A stretch of 51,978 nt of DNA from positions 1-51,978 of the forward strand of contig JAHLWZ010000906.1 of assembly GCA_020536535.1 (NCBI GenBank), given 5' to 3'. Under the pieces are notes generated by a model, which saw nothing but the letters and a program-made list of their open reading frames with translations, searched no databases and was not told the DNA's origin. Shown here piece by piece: positions 18,301-30,300 of this stretch. Every line of letters starts with the position of its first letter. The stretch's first letter is position 1. The position numbers were made by a program, and so were the translations under genes. The stretch is from Pelomyxa schiedti (lineage: Eukaryota > Protista > Evosea).

Positions 18301-21147
18301 ATAGACAGCTTCGAAAACGGGGCAAACATGGAGGGGGGCAGGGACCCGACGAGATTGTTGTAGGCCAAATTCCTATAGAAGGAAATTGAGCACAAAATAA
18401 ATTTATGAATTCACAGACAAGGTAATGATCCTGCCGTTGCTGTCGCAGTCTACGCCGTACCACAAAGGAGTCGACCCGGAGCATGGTTTTCCATTCAACC
18501 ACGAAGTTTGTGAGTACCAGTTGAGTCCTCCGGTTGACCAGTACAGATTGTAAAGAGCTTGCACTTCAAATTGTGAATAAAACGAATGTATAAGCGTTTC
18601 TAACATTCAGTGGCGCCGATATCCATGTAAGTGCTCCCGAATGTTTCAATTGTAAGAGGAGAACAAGCACCAGAATCAGGTCCAAAGCTGAATAAATCTA
18701 AAAAGGAGATGAGAAAAGATGGCTGAATGTCTCCACATACGGAAAAGTCCAGCCACATTTGTAGTGAGTGTTGCTGACATTCTGGATTGAATGGCGGTGG
18801 CATCGAGAATAGTGTTCCAAATACGAAGTTCATCAATTGCAAAGGAAGGAAGGGTCGTATCAGTGGTGACATCGGTAACTAAAAGAAAAGAGACACTGAG
18901 ATTCTGCGCATCTTTCATTTGCGGGGTCCGTACCAACTTTTTTCCCCAGGGCGAGCTTTCCAGGGCTCGCTACTACTGATGCAGTCCCGGTAACAGTTGC
19001 TGTCAAAACACCATTGATGTAGAACTTGGCTGTTGCTAGATCATAGGAAACCTGGATGGGTGTTTCTTTCAGGGGGAAAAAAAAAAGAAAGGGATAGTAC
19101 AGCAATGTGTGTCCACATATCCGCCTTGAGGAAGATTGCTGTTGCCGGCCTGAGAGAAACAGTACTTGTGTACCTAAAACAGGATGAGTTGGGCGGAAGG
19201 AACTTAAAAACACTTACAAGTACAACCCATAAGTTGGATTGTATCTGATATTGAACTCTTGGCTCGTGCTGGTACTCATATAATCAATTACAGTGACCTC
19301 GGCGTTAAAATAGAGCGTGGGTGACGCCCACATCTCCACAGTCACCGAACCTGACAAGAATGTTAACACTTGACTTTCCCCTACGCTGAAAGGAAACGAA
19401 AGATATTACCTGAAGGCCAAGTCATGCTGTTGGTTTGTCCCCATTGTGCCTGACTGCGATCAAAGTAGCAACCAAAAGGCACTGTACGAACGCATCCATT
19501 GGGGGCATTGCAGGTACGTATATCACCACAGCCTACCAAGAAGTTAGCGCCGATAATAAGAAAAACTAGTCACCAGAGTAGCCAGTGGGGCAAGAAGTGC
19601 AAGTGTATGCCGCAGAGCAAGTTGTAACTGGATCGCACAGACCATTAGCATACGAACAACCAGAAGCTTTTTTACAGTTAAGGGTTTCCAGGTGTGTTGA
19701 AAAAAAAGTACTGGTGGTAGTTGGTACAAAAGAGGGACTAGCACTATCACTTGGTACACCCCAGCCAACGTAGATTCGATCTAGATAAGTATAACCAGTA
19801 ATCAGAGTGATTATGAAACTGTTGGGAACAACGACGAGTGAAGAGAACTAAGGAAAGAGTAAGCATACAAAAATTAGGGGTGTTAGTTTACTGGAATCCA
19901 TTGGTACTCTTGAGACGCTGTTGCGGACAGTGTTGAAGCCAAGGAACTACATGATGAAGACTAAAATTTCGTTATCGACAAGGAGGTGACATAAAAGTCA
20001 TACGTAAAGGGCCAATTGATTGTATGAGCTTGTTGGCGCCAAAACACGAACCCAAACAGGGCGATAAATGGACTCGCTCCAAGTAACATCAAACTGGAAA
20101 CTGTGAGAAGATTGACCGAAAAAAAACCGCTATCTACCCTAATGTAACGAGCAGAAGTACTACAACTCGTAGAAGCCGCTTCGGCTCTGTAGACAGCACC
20201 TTCCATCGAAGCTTTCACAGAAGGAACAATTGTCATTGGAGAAGCTGCAACTGCCGCGTATTCTGCCTGCAACAGAATGAACAAGAAAAAGAAAAGAGGG
20301 TGCAAAGTACTTCCAAATACATCTGCTGACCTAAAAAAATGGGTTAACAACAAGAAAAGAAAGAAACAGAGTACATTTTCCAGACGGGATATTCTGAGCA
20401 GCTTTCCCTTTGTAGCTGTAGGACAGTTGGGGGAAAGTCGGGTCCGTAATGAGAATTTTGTCGATGTACACATTGCTGACATAGTACCTTTAAAACGTTG
20501 GTTTTCTGTATTTCACTGGTAAAAAAAAAAAAAAAAACCTCATTGTAAGGGAAAGTGTATGTATTCCGGCAGTCAGAGTAGCTGTCGTTGGCAGCAATCT
20601 CCAAGAATTACCGAAGATGAAAATATCCCAAGATAATGCTGTGGCCTTCACAGAGACATTAGTGGGTGATATAGAGTTCGAAATCATACAGAATCGAATT
20701 GGACCCACAAATCGGCACCGCCAGGCTGGGCACATCGACTTAGAAACCAGATGGCATAGGTACCAGCCCTTCGGTGTGTAAATTCACGAAGGTAGAGTAC
20801 AAAAAGAACTACGTTGTAATGTTTACGCTCCACTTGGCGGGCGATCCACTGTAGGTACTCGTAGTAATGTATTGCCCGCAAGAATCCCAATCGGAGGAAG
20901 AAGAACTGGCGTACCAGTTGCCGGCCGTAGTGAAATACTCAGCCTCCAAGTAAATAGGGGGCAACACAGCTCCACCGACGCATACTAACGTAGATCCAAG
21001 ACACGAAGGTGAATGATTTTACAAGAGAAAATGACATAAAAGAAAAAAGAGACTAAAAAAAAATTGTAGCAGGGGAATTAATTATGTCCACGGCAGATTT
21101 CGTTTTGACATACACGTCAATAGAGCCAACGCGAGGACGCAACGCAT
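12352..21147 (-). CDS. Giant type-I membrane protein: signal peptide, CBM-like/beta-sandwich modules, LamG-like domain, plant-type LRR block, Ig/IPT-like domain, ~30 tenascin-type EGF repeats, TM, short tail
   Basis: Start MRCVLALALLT at 21147; IYLEAEY and LQAEY motifs; KFYINGVL..DELRIWN (LamG, ~18700-19200); ALYNLYWSTGGLNW..WYGVDC and LDHNSLSGSIPIDIG (LRR-NT/LRR, ~17800-18600); CPxNCSxHGxC..G.C.C repeats over ~12500-17100; TM WWIIVVCAGGGCVVLVGGCAGGFLAI; tail ending SSYVDMDVKH*. Exon boundaries are not fully resolved, so a split into two genes cannot be excluded. Confidence 0.8.
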
Positions 21148-21614
21148 TTATCGTTCGATTTCTTTTTGTTTTTTGTTACCGCTCGCCGGTCTCGTGTGTT
21201 GGGTTTGTTTTTTTGTTTTTGTGTGTGTTTGCGTTTGTTTTTAGATTTCTTTGTACGTCCGTTTCTTTGATGTATTTTAAGTTTTCTCAACGGATCGGCG
21301 TTTGGGAAAGGCAACAAAATTCCACTGTTGAAAGCCACGGCTTTTTTCGCTTCGTCTTAGTTTTGGGCAGAATATTCGATACATCAGCCCAAGATTCCCG
21401 ATTAAGCGAAGAAGATCTTGTGTATAACGGCGTTCCCGGGATTTTCAGTTGTGGAAAAACACACCCAAAAAAAGAAAAAAGTAAGAAACGAAAAAAAATA
21501 TCCACAACACGTTCACCGGTCCAAAGGTAAAACACAAAAAAAACAAAAAAAAGCTACGATAACATCAACGTTAACAGCGTAAGCGGACTTGCGACACCGA
21601 CAATCTACGACAGA

Positions 21615-23068
21615 ATGCGACGCGGCTACGTTTTACTGTCGGTTTTCGTCGTTCTTGTGGCCTTCGTTGGGGTCACATCTTCGGCTTGTACCGGTACGAG
21701 ATGCACACAGTGTGTCGTTGACACAACCTGTGGTTGGTGCAGCGGCACGCGCTCTTGTGTTTCTGGCGGTAAAAGCGGTGCGTATGTGTTGTCTCACATC
21801 CTCTGATTTTACAATTTACTTGAGTACGCTAAATCGCCAAGGTCCTTCTTCTGGATCCTGTAACGGAACTTGGTATCACAAACACAGTCAAATTGTTTGG
21901 ACGGAGAAGGGACCAATTGTATGTTTGTTGTTTTTCTTGGTTTCAAAACCAATTGTACTAACACTTTCACTTTAGGTCACACCTCGTCTTACTGAAGTTT
22001 TTCTCATGGTTGGTCAACAACTTGTTGTACCGATTCAAGTGAATGTCCCCCCGGCTGTTCGACAGCCTTTCGATTTGTGGTTATCTGAGGTCAGTACTAC
22101 GTACTCTTGAGTTACGTAACAAAACAAAATTTTGTAGGATATTACGGGAAGTATGGGTGACGACGTTGCTACCTTAGCTCTCCTCATCCCTCGTCTCATT
22201 TCCTCTGTGAGAAGCATACGGCCAGATACCAACTTTGCGTACGCTACATTTGGGGATAAGCCCATGTCTCCCGCGGGTGATTACGGCTCCTATCGGACTG
22301 ATAACGACTTTTGGCCTCATGCCACTCTCAATGCAAATTACAATGGCCTTCAGGCTAAAGTGCAGGTTGGTTCTTCTTATTATGCGTAATTCTAAAAATC
22401 TGCCAGGAAACTGTGATAGGTTATGGTAATGATTGGGAAGAGGCTTCTCTCGTTGGTGTTGTTCAGTCAACATGTCCCTCCTATGGATGGAGAGAGACCG
22501 CTTTGAAGGTTTTTTTTTTGTTGAGATGCAAAGCAAATAGCATCAACCTATTTAGATGGTAGTCACCATGACGGATGCCCCTTACCACTACGAGAAACAA
22601 TTACGATTTAGCTCATGCTGGTCTGGTGCGTATATGACTGTGAACGACTATGACTGTACAGACGAATGTCAGACCTCGCCTTGTTACCCCTCTGGGCAGT
22701 TGCGCGATGCCTCTGGTAACTCTTTGAGTCAATGTCGGTGGTACGGAACTGGTTAGTATTCCCTATCGCTTATCTTGCATCCTCCTAAGAACAACGTTTA
22801 GGAGAAGACTATCCCTCAGTAACAGGCCTTAAAGCCCATTTGACTTCTAAAAATGTTTTCCCACTATGGCTAATTACCTCTGATTCGAAATCCTACTATG
22901 ACTCTTTGACCACCAGTGTTGGGTTGTCTTCCTTCCCTCACCCCCTCAAAGAGTAATGGTTGTAGGTTTGGTAAGGTAGCTACGATTACCTCCTCCAGTT
23001 CAAATGTCATCACCGCCATACAAGAGGGCATCGACTACCTGACTTCGAACTTGATCGTACACAACTTC

Positions 23069-23103
<35 letters not shown>

Positions 23104-26100
23104 CCCCCTGATCTTTCTTTAGCTTCTGGTCTCCACAGACACTTATCTCTATTGTGGAAGTCCTGCCAGAATTTCCCCTGCGTCATACACAGGAGTTGTC
23201 CCTTTCAAAACGTATATTTTTAATGTCACTTTGCTGGCCTCAACGTACAGTACAATTATACATCCACTTCTTTCCCCTAATCATAATTTAGTGTCGTGTA
23301 TAACACTACAATCAACTTGAGTGTTTTGGGCTGGGGACTCTCTGATATCAAGGTTACTAATACGTTCCCGTGCTATGGTAACAACTTCAAGCCGAGGGTT
23401 TTTTTTTTTTCCCGTTTGATAGCCTTTAGGGTGTGACCATGTCGTGGACTCTGGCAAGGACTACGATAAGTGTGCTCTCTGCGTTGCCCCTGCAGACGCC
23501 AACAAGTGTTTGGATTGCAAGGGTGTTCCCTACGGCATATCGTAGTTTTCTTAAGTAGTCAACTTCTTTCTTACTAATTCACAGAGTTATGGATAATTGT
23601 GACGTATGTGCTGGGGATGGGCAAAGTTGCCTTGACTGCTTTGGCGAAGTATGGGGTACCGCAGTTGAGGATGCCTGTGGAGTGTGTGGCGGAGATAACA
23701 GTACCTGTTTTGGATGTGACGGCACCCCCTCTGCCACAATGTATGCTATTTTCCACACGCTATGCCTAAGAATCTTCATTAGGTATGATTTGTGCGGAGT
23801 CTGCAATGGCACCAATGCCTGTATGCTATTTTTTTTTTCCCTCCCGGTACTAACAGTCAACAGGTCTGGATTGTCAACAAGTTCCCTACGGAACGAAGAA
23901 GCTTGATAATTGTAGTGTCTGTGGTGGTAACAATGCTTGCCAAGGATGCGACGGCTTGTTTACTGTTCCTCCAGCTCAGGTTTCGCTTTATAAGCTCAAA
24001 AACCAATTTCAACCCTCTCTAGTATGATCAGTGTAATAAGTGTGGTGGTGATGGAACTTCATGTATTGACTGCTTTGGAGTCGTAAATGGAACCGCCGAA
24101 CCTGATGACTGCGGAGTCTGTGAGGGCAACAATACGTAGTACTTCTACTCCCTTTTCAGTCGGTCACAGAAAACAGGTGCATAGGATGTGATGGCGAAGC
24201 CACTGTTCCTCCTCTACAGTACAATGAGTGTGGTGGCTGTGGTGCTATTACTAAGACGTGTCGCGGGTGTGATGGTGTCTTGTGGTCTGCTGCTGCAGAA
24301 GATGAGTGTGGTGCGACATCTTCTCCGTGAAATTCGTTACTTATCTTCCTAGGAATATGCAAGGGTACCAATTCCTGTTTTGATTGTTCTGGTGAACCTT
24401 GGGGTCAACATGTTTATGACCTATGTGGCCAATGTGTCATCCCTGGCGATCCAACAATGAATGACTGCCTTGGCTGCGATAATGTTCCGTTCTCTGGGAA
24501 AGAGTTGGATTACTGCTATGTCTGTGATGGCTCTGTAAGTATCACTTTAGCTTTCTATTTTTTTTGTTAAGCGGTGCGCAGAATACATGCTTCGGGTGTG
24601 ACGGAGTGGCCTACTCAGGAAAGCAGTACGATGGCTGTGGTGAATGTGGAAAGGATGGAACCGAGTGCACAGGTTGTGATGGAGCCTATTGGTCTAAAAC
24701 TGTTCTGGATGATTGTAAAGTTTGTGGCGGTTCAAATGGTATCTTTGATATTTATTTTTCCTTTCTCACCGTTTTAATTACAGCTTGTGTGGGTTGTGAT
24801 AATGTTCCTAACTCTGGATATTTTTACAACGGATGTGGTGACTGCACCAACGACCCCACAGAAATGGCTTGTGTGGGGTGCGATGGTGTTCCATGGAGCG
24901 GTGCGGTTGAAGATGTCTGTGGCGTCTGCAATGGTGACAGCACTTGTGTTGGATGTGATGGCGTGAAGTACAGTGGAATGCGTTACGATGTCTGTGGCGC
25001 CTGCAACGGGAACAGAGAGTGTATTGACTGCTTTGGAATTCAGTGGGAAGGCGCTGTACTTGACGTGTGCGGCGTCTGTGGTGGCAACGGCTCGTATGTT
25101 TTTTTTCCTTTTTTTTCTCCTCCAAAGAAAATCAACCGATCAACCAAAAAAGATCTTGCACTGGATGTGATAATGTAACGTACTCTGGGCTCAAATACGA
25201 CGAGGTAAGTCTCCTCTCTTCCTTTACCTACTCATTCTGTATTAGTGTGGTGTATGCGGCGGACACAATCTGTGTTGGGGGTGTGACCGAGAGCCCTTCA
25301 GCGGCAAAAGTTCGTTCTTACTTGTTGACTTTGAAATCTTACACAATTTTTAGAAGTGGACGACTGCGGCGTTTGTGGAGGTCTCAATCGCGCACTTGGC
25401 TGTGATGGCGTGTGCTTCAGTGGAATGCGTTATGACCAGGTATTCGCATTACCGGCTTTTATATTGCAGTTGACCTCCTATTGTAGTGTGGACTGTGCGA
25501 TGGTAATAACTCGTGTGTGGGCTGCAATGGTGTTGCTTGGTCTGGGATGAAGCTCGATGATTGTGAGGAATGTGGTGGGCACAATGGGTGTTTTGGCTGT
25601 GACGGCGTTCCAAGTAAAACTGCATATGACCTGTGTGGTGTGTGTGGTGGCGACAACCTCTGTTGTGGCTGTGACGGCTCCCCATATTCGGGGTTGGTAT
25701 GTATTCCCTTGTTCTTTTCCAATACTGATCCATACCCAGAAAGTCGATAACTGCAGTGTCTGTGGCGGAAACAATGAGTGCATTGGGTGCGACGGACTTC
25801 CTGGGTACAAAGACTACGATCTGTGCGGCGTATGCGGCGGGTCTAACGCTTGTTTCGGATGTGATTACGTGCCTTTTTCTGGCAGAGTAACAGATCGGTA
25901 CGCTCTTTTTATTCTCCGAATCTCCTGACTTGTATCTCCTTTAGTTGTGGCATCTGCGGAGGGGCAAACACGTGTGTTGGGTGTGACAACGTTACGTATT
26001 CTTATAAGACTTACGATTCATGTGGTGTGTGTGGCGGGGATAACGAGTGCTTCGGATGCGACTATGAGCCTTACTCGGGGAAGGTATACAGAGCGGCAAT

Positions 26101-26996
26101 CTTATTTTCTTTTGAAGTTCCCTAGGAACCGGACAAATGTGGCGTCTGTGACGGTAACAATGATTGCCTTGGCTGTGATGGTAAACCAGGGACTATGCAG
26201 TACGATCTTTGTGGCCAATGCACTGATAATGTAACGATAATTAATGACTGTTTTGGCTGTGATTATTTAGCTTGGTCTGGCCTCGAATACGACAAGTAAC
26301 CTTCTCTGCCTCATTTCTTACTAAACTGAAATAACCTTAGGTGCGATGTTTGTGGAGGAACAAATGCGTGTGTTGGCTGTGATGGAGTAGCTTGGTCTGG
26401 TGCCCAATATGATGCCTGTGGTACTTGCGGTGGAGATGGAATAGCTTGTATAGGGTGTGACCAAAAAATGTGGAGCGGGAAATATTGGGATGGGTGTGGC
26501 GTCTGTGGTGGTGACAACTCCACCTGCACTGGCTGTGACGGTGTTATTGGTTCCTCGGCCTCTTACGATTCCTGTGGTAAGTGCAATGGCACTGATGCCT
26601 GTATGGGATGCGACGGTGTCCTGTATAGTGGACTAAAGGAAGACGCCTGTGGCAACTGTGGTGGTACCGTTTCAGAAAAGGATAAAAGCAAGTGCAATGA
26701 CGCAGCAACTAAAAACTCACTGATTGCTACTGGTACTATAATTGGTGTAACTCTTGGTTGCGCAGCAGCAGCCATTGCTGGATTCTTCTTATACAAGGTA
26801 ACACACCACCCCTTTTCATAGTTCCTCTAATCCACCCTCACAGCACATTCGCTACGGCGCCAACTGGTACATCCCCAACTCTCTTCTTGATGGGTCTTCC
26901 AGCGGAGCCACAAGCAACCCGATTTACGACGAGACCGGAGCCGGTGGAATGCAGTCGAGCACTCTGTATTCCTCCCCAACGGACAACGCTTCCTAA
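21615..26996 (+). CDS. Integrin-beta-like adhesion protein: signal peptide, PSI, hybrid, beta-I (vWA) domain, Cys-rich repeat stalk, TM, NPxY tail
   Basis: PSI CTQCVVDTTCGWCS; PFDLWLSE|DITGSMGDD (MIDAS-like, 22138-22152); FGDKP; GNDWEEASL; GWR; VVTMTDAPYHY; VATITSSSSNVITAI; TM IATGTIIGVTLGCAAAAIAGFFLYK. After intron 26798-26843 the tail reads ...SNPIYDETG...STLYSSPTDNAS* (stop 26994-26996). Confidence 0.85.
23430..26700 (+). repeat. About 33 tandem ~26-aa Cys-rich units (GCDGxxxSGxxxDxCGVCGGxNxC) in the integrin-like stalk
   Basis: Units counted manually from the translation; interrupted by short introns. Confidence 0.9.
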
Positions 26997-27303
26997 TCGA
27001 CTCTACTACGAACGACACCTCACCAAAACCAAACAAAGCAAAACCCCCATTTCCTGTATTCTTTTCCAAAACAAAATTTTCCTTTTGCTTATCCACCTCT
27101 TTGTTCTTGAAGAAGAGCCCTCTACCAAAAAAAAATCTACGCAGACCGTAACTTAATATTAATGCCCCTTCAAACGTCGTACAGGCAAATAGCGGTAAAC
27201 ATCATCACCATCAGAACGAAACGAAAAAAAAATTACAACGAAGGAGGTTTATTTTTAGCGTTTTCCGAACTTTTTTTTCATTTCGTAACTAAAACTACGA
27301 GAG

Positions 27304-30300
27304 ATGAGCAAGGCTGGTGTGGGTACGTTGTTGCTCACGGTTCAGTCCGCTTGGGATCTCAAAGTCAGCGGTATCGTTTTATGTTATTGGGTTTTCTTTT
27401 TTTTTTTTTTTTCCCCCTCGCGTGTCTGTGTGCAATACGAAGAGCAGTGCTTTTAATTTATTGGAAAAATGCTACCAGAAAATGTATTTTTTGTTACGTA
27501 TCGTGTTTGGTGCTTTTTCTCGTTTCTCGTGTCTAATGCCCTCGCATTTTTTCTTTATTTTGTATGCAAACGTACCATAAAGCTGTGGTATTACATTTCA
27601 ATGAAAATAGAAACATTTAGCAATCCAACAATGACCCCAACACATCGAACTTTTTTTTTAACAAAACCCAAAAACAGATGCCGTGGGCAGCTCAGACCCC
27701 TATGTTGTCATTATTTATACGGACACAGCAGGGAAAAAAATAAAGTTAAAGACCCGTGTAATTCCCAAAACTGTTACCCCAGTTTGGAATCAGGATTTTG
27801 AAATCGTTGTTGGGCAGCCTCCAAAGAACCCCAAAAAACCACACAAGCAGTATCCCCGCATCAAGTTTCGTGTCCAAGACAGTGATGTATTTTTTGATGA
27901 TACAATTGGCACTGTTGCATTTGATCCCACACTAACACTTCCCCATGGGGGAGTTCCTGTTGATTTGACTCTGGCCTTGTCACTTAAAAGTGATCCAAAA
28001 TTGGGCAGTATCATTGTTGCTTCTACACCAGCCTCCACAGCTACTTCTGTGGAAACTCCACCCCCACCACCAACACCTACAGCAGCCACTGACAATGTTG
28101 TCCTCCCTTCTGCAACAACTGAAGGTTCAACAGAAGCCGCAACGTCAACATCACCTGCAGAACCAACTTCCCCTGCGGCAATAACAGAAACAACAGCCAC
28201 AGCTACTTCCACAGGCACAACTACTGACACATCTGCAACGGCCACAGCCACAGCCACTACCACATCATCTACCACAGCAACCACCACGGCAACCGCCACA
28301 GCCACAGCCACAGCAACAGTAACAGCAACTACAGTGGCGTCATCAACTACTACTACAGCATCAACACCTACAGAAACCAGCACAACAAGCACCGCAGTTA
28401 GACCTGCAGCTCCTGCAAACTCGCGAGGTGTTTTGAAAATCAAGGCTGTCTTTATACCAGCACATCCTGTAAATCAATTTGCTTCAGTGTGCCAGTGGGA
28501 GGTATCACTCCTGACCTCTGACAAGGACAATGCAGGCATGTCGGACGAAACTGCCACTCTCCAATTAATAGGAACTAGTGCTGGAGGCGGTGTGGCCTCT
28601 CCCCCAATGAGGGTTAGTGCTAGTCACGGGTTTCCAAGGAACTCAACAAAGAGCTGGAGAATATATGCCCGTGATGTTGGGGCAATTGCAAGAGTTAGGG
28701 TATGCCGAGATGTTGCAAGTGCAACAGGAGGCAGCTGGATGATAGGTACTGTAACCCTGGCACCTGTCAGTGCATCAGGAATGACTGGAAATGCCATAGC
28801 ATTCATTGTAAAAGACGGTTCCATTATGGAGACCTCAGGCTCCTTTGTTGATGCAGTGCCGGCTATTGGAGGATCTTCAGCAGGACCTACAAATGCAATT
28901 GTGCCCTCGGCTACTTCAGGGCTTCGTGACGTAATATACACTGTAGTTGCCAAGACAGGTGACCGAAAAGGTGCGGGTACTAATGCTCCAGTGTCGATTG
29001 TACTGATCGGGGCCCATGGCAAATCTCAGCCGCTATATCTCGATTCTGCTTCTCCCGACGCGTTTACACGCAACCATGAAGACACTTTCCGCGTAGTTTC
29101 ATGCTATGTGGGTGAAGTACAGCGCATAAGAGTGGCTTTGAAACCCACTGACCCTCCATCATCTTGGTTCTTGGAGAAGATGTGCATCTTTCCTGCCGAA
29201 GCCCGTGTGGCGACGGCGAAGAGGTGGTTCCATTGTGGTGAATGGCTTGGTGCAATAGGTGAGAAGGAGCGCGTTATCAGCGCTTCGCTGCATGAAAATG
29301 CACCTGCCACCCTCGCCCCTTCAACAAGGAGATATAAGGTGTTTGTGTTCACTGGTGATAGGAGGGGTGCTGGTACTGATGCAAACGTATTCATCCGCGT
29401 TTTTGGAGAAAAGGGGGAAAGTGGAGAAGTTCATCTGGAGGGTGCTGGAAAGACGTTTGAAAGAAAGGGAAAAGATGAGTTTGGATTTGAATCCAAAAAC
29501 TTGGGGGAACTGCAGAAAATTCTGATTGGCCACGACAACAGTGGCTTCAGCCCTGCATGGTTCCTTGATCATGTAGTGATTGGAGAAGAGGGAGTTACTG
29601 GACGAGCATGGTTATTTGCATGTGGCAGATGGTTTTCAAAGAAGGATGAAGACGGAGAAATAGAAAGAGTCATTGCTGCAGCACCAATTACTGGGGGTGT
29701 TGGAGAGTGGTGCTCCCCTCCTCTAAGGCACTATCAAATAACCACAATTACCGGAGACAGAAGAGGGGCAGGCACTGATGCCAACGTCTACATTATCTTG
29801 CATGGTGAGAAGGGTGTATCACCAAAAAGCTCTTTAGAAGGCCCTGGGAACAGATTTGAAAGGGGCAGAGCAGATGAATTCGGGATTGAATGCCCGGATT
29901 TAGGCAATTTGAAAAAGGTGACTATTGGCCATGACAATGGTGGTCTTGGACCAGCTTGGTTTTTGGATAAGGTGATAGTTCAAGGCGTTGAAGACAAAAT
30001 CATGTGGTACTTCTTGTGTGGGAAATGGCTTTCTAAACATGACGGTGATAAACGAATTGAAAGGGACCTGGAAGCCCTCCCACAAGATGGAGTGGCATCA
30101 CTGCCTCTGATGAGGTACCGTGTTACAACAGTTACTGGTGACAGGAGAGGTGCTGGCACTGATGCAAATGTTTTCATTAACATCAAAGGTGAGGAAGGAA
30201 AAGAGAGTGGAAATAAGAAGTTGGATGCTGCTGGAAACTGTTTTGAAAGGGCACAGAGTGATATCTTTGGTGTTGAATGCGAAAAATTAGGTGCTGTCAA

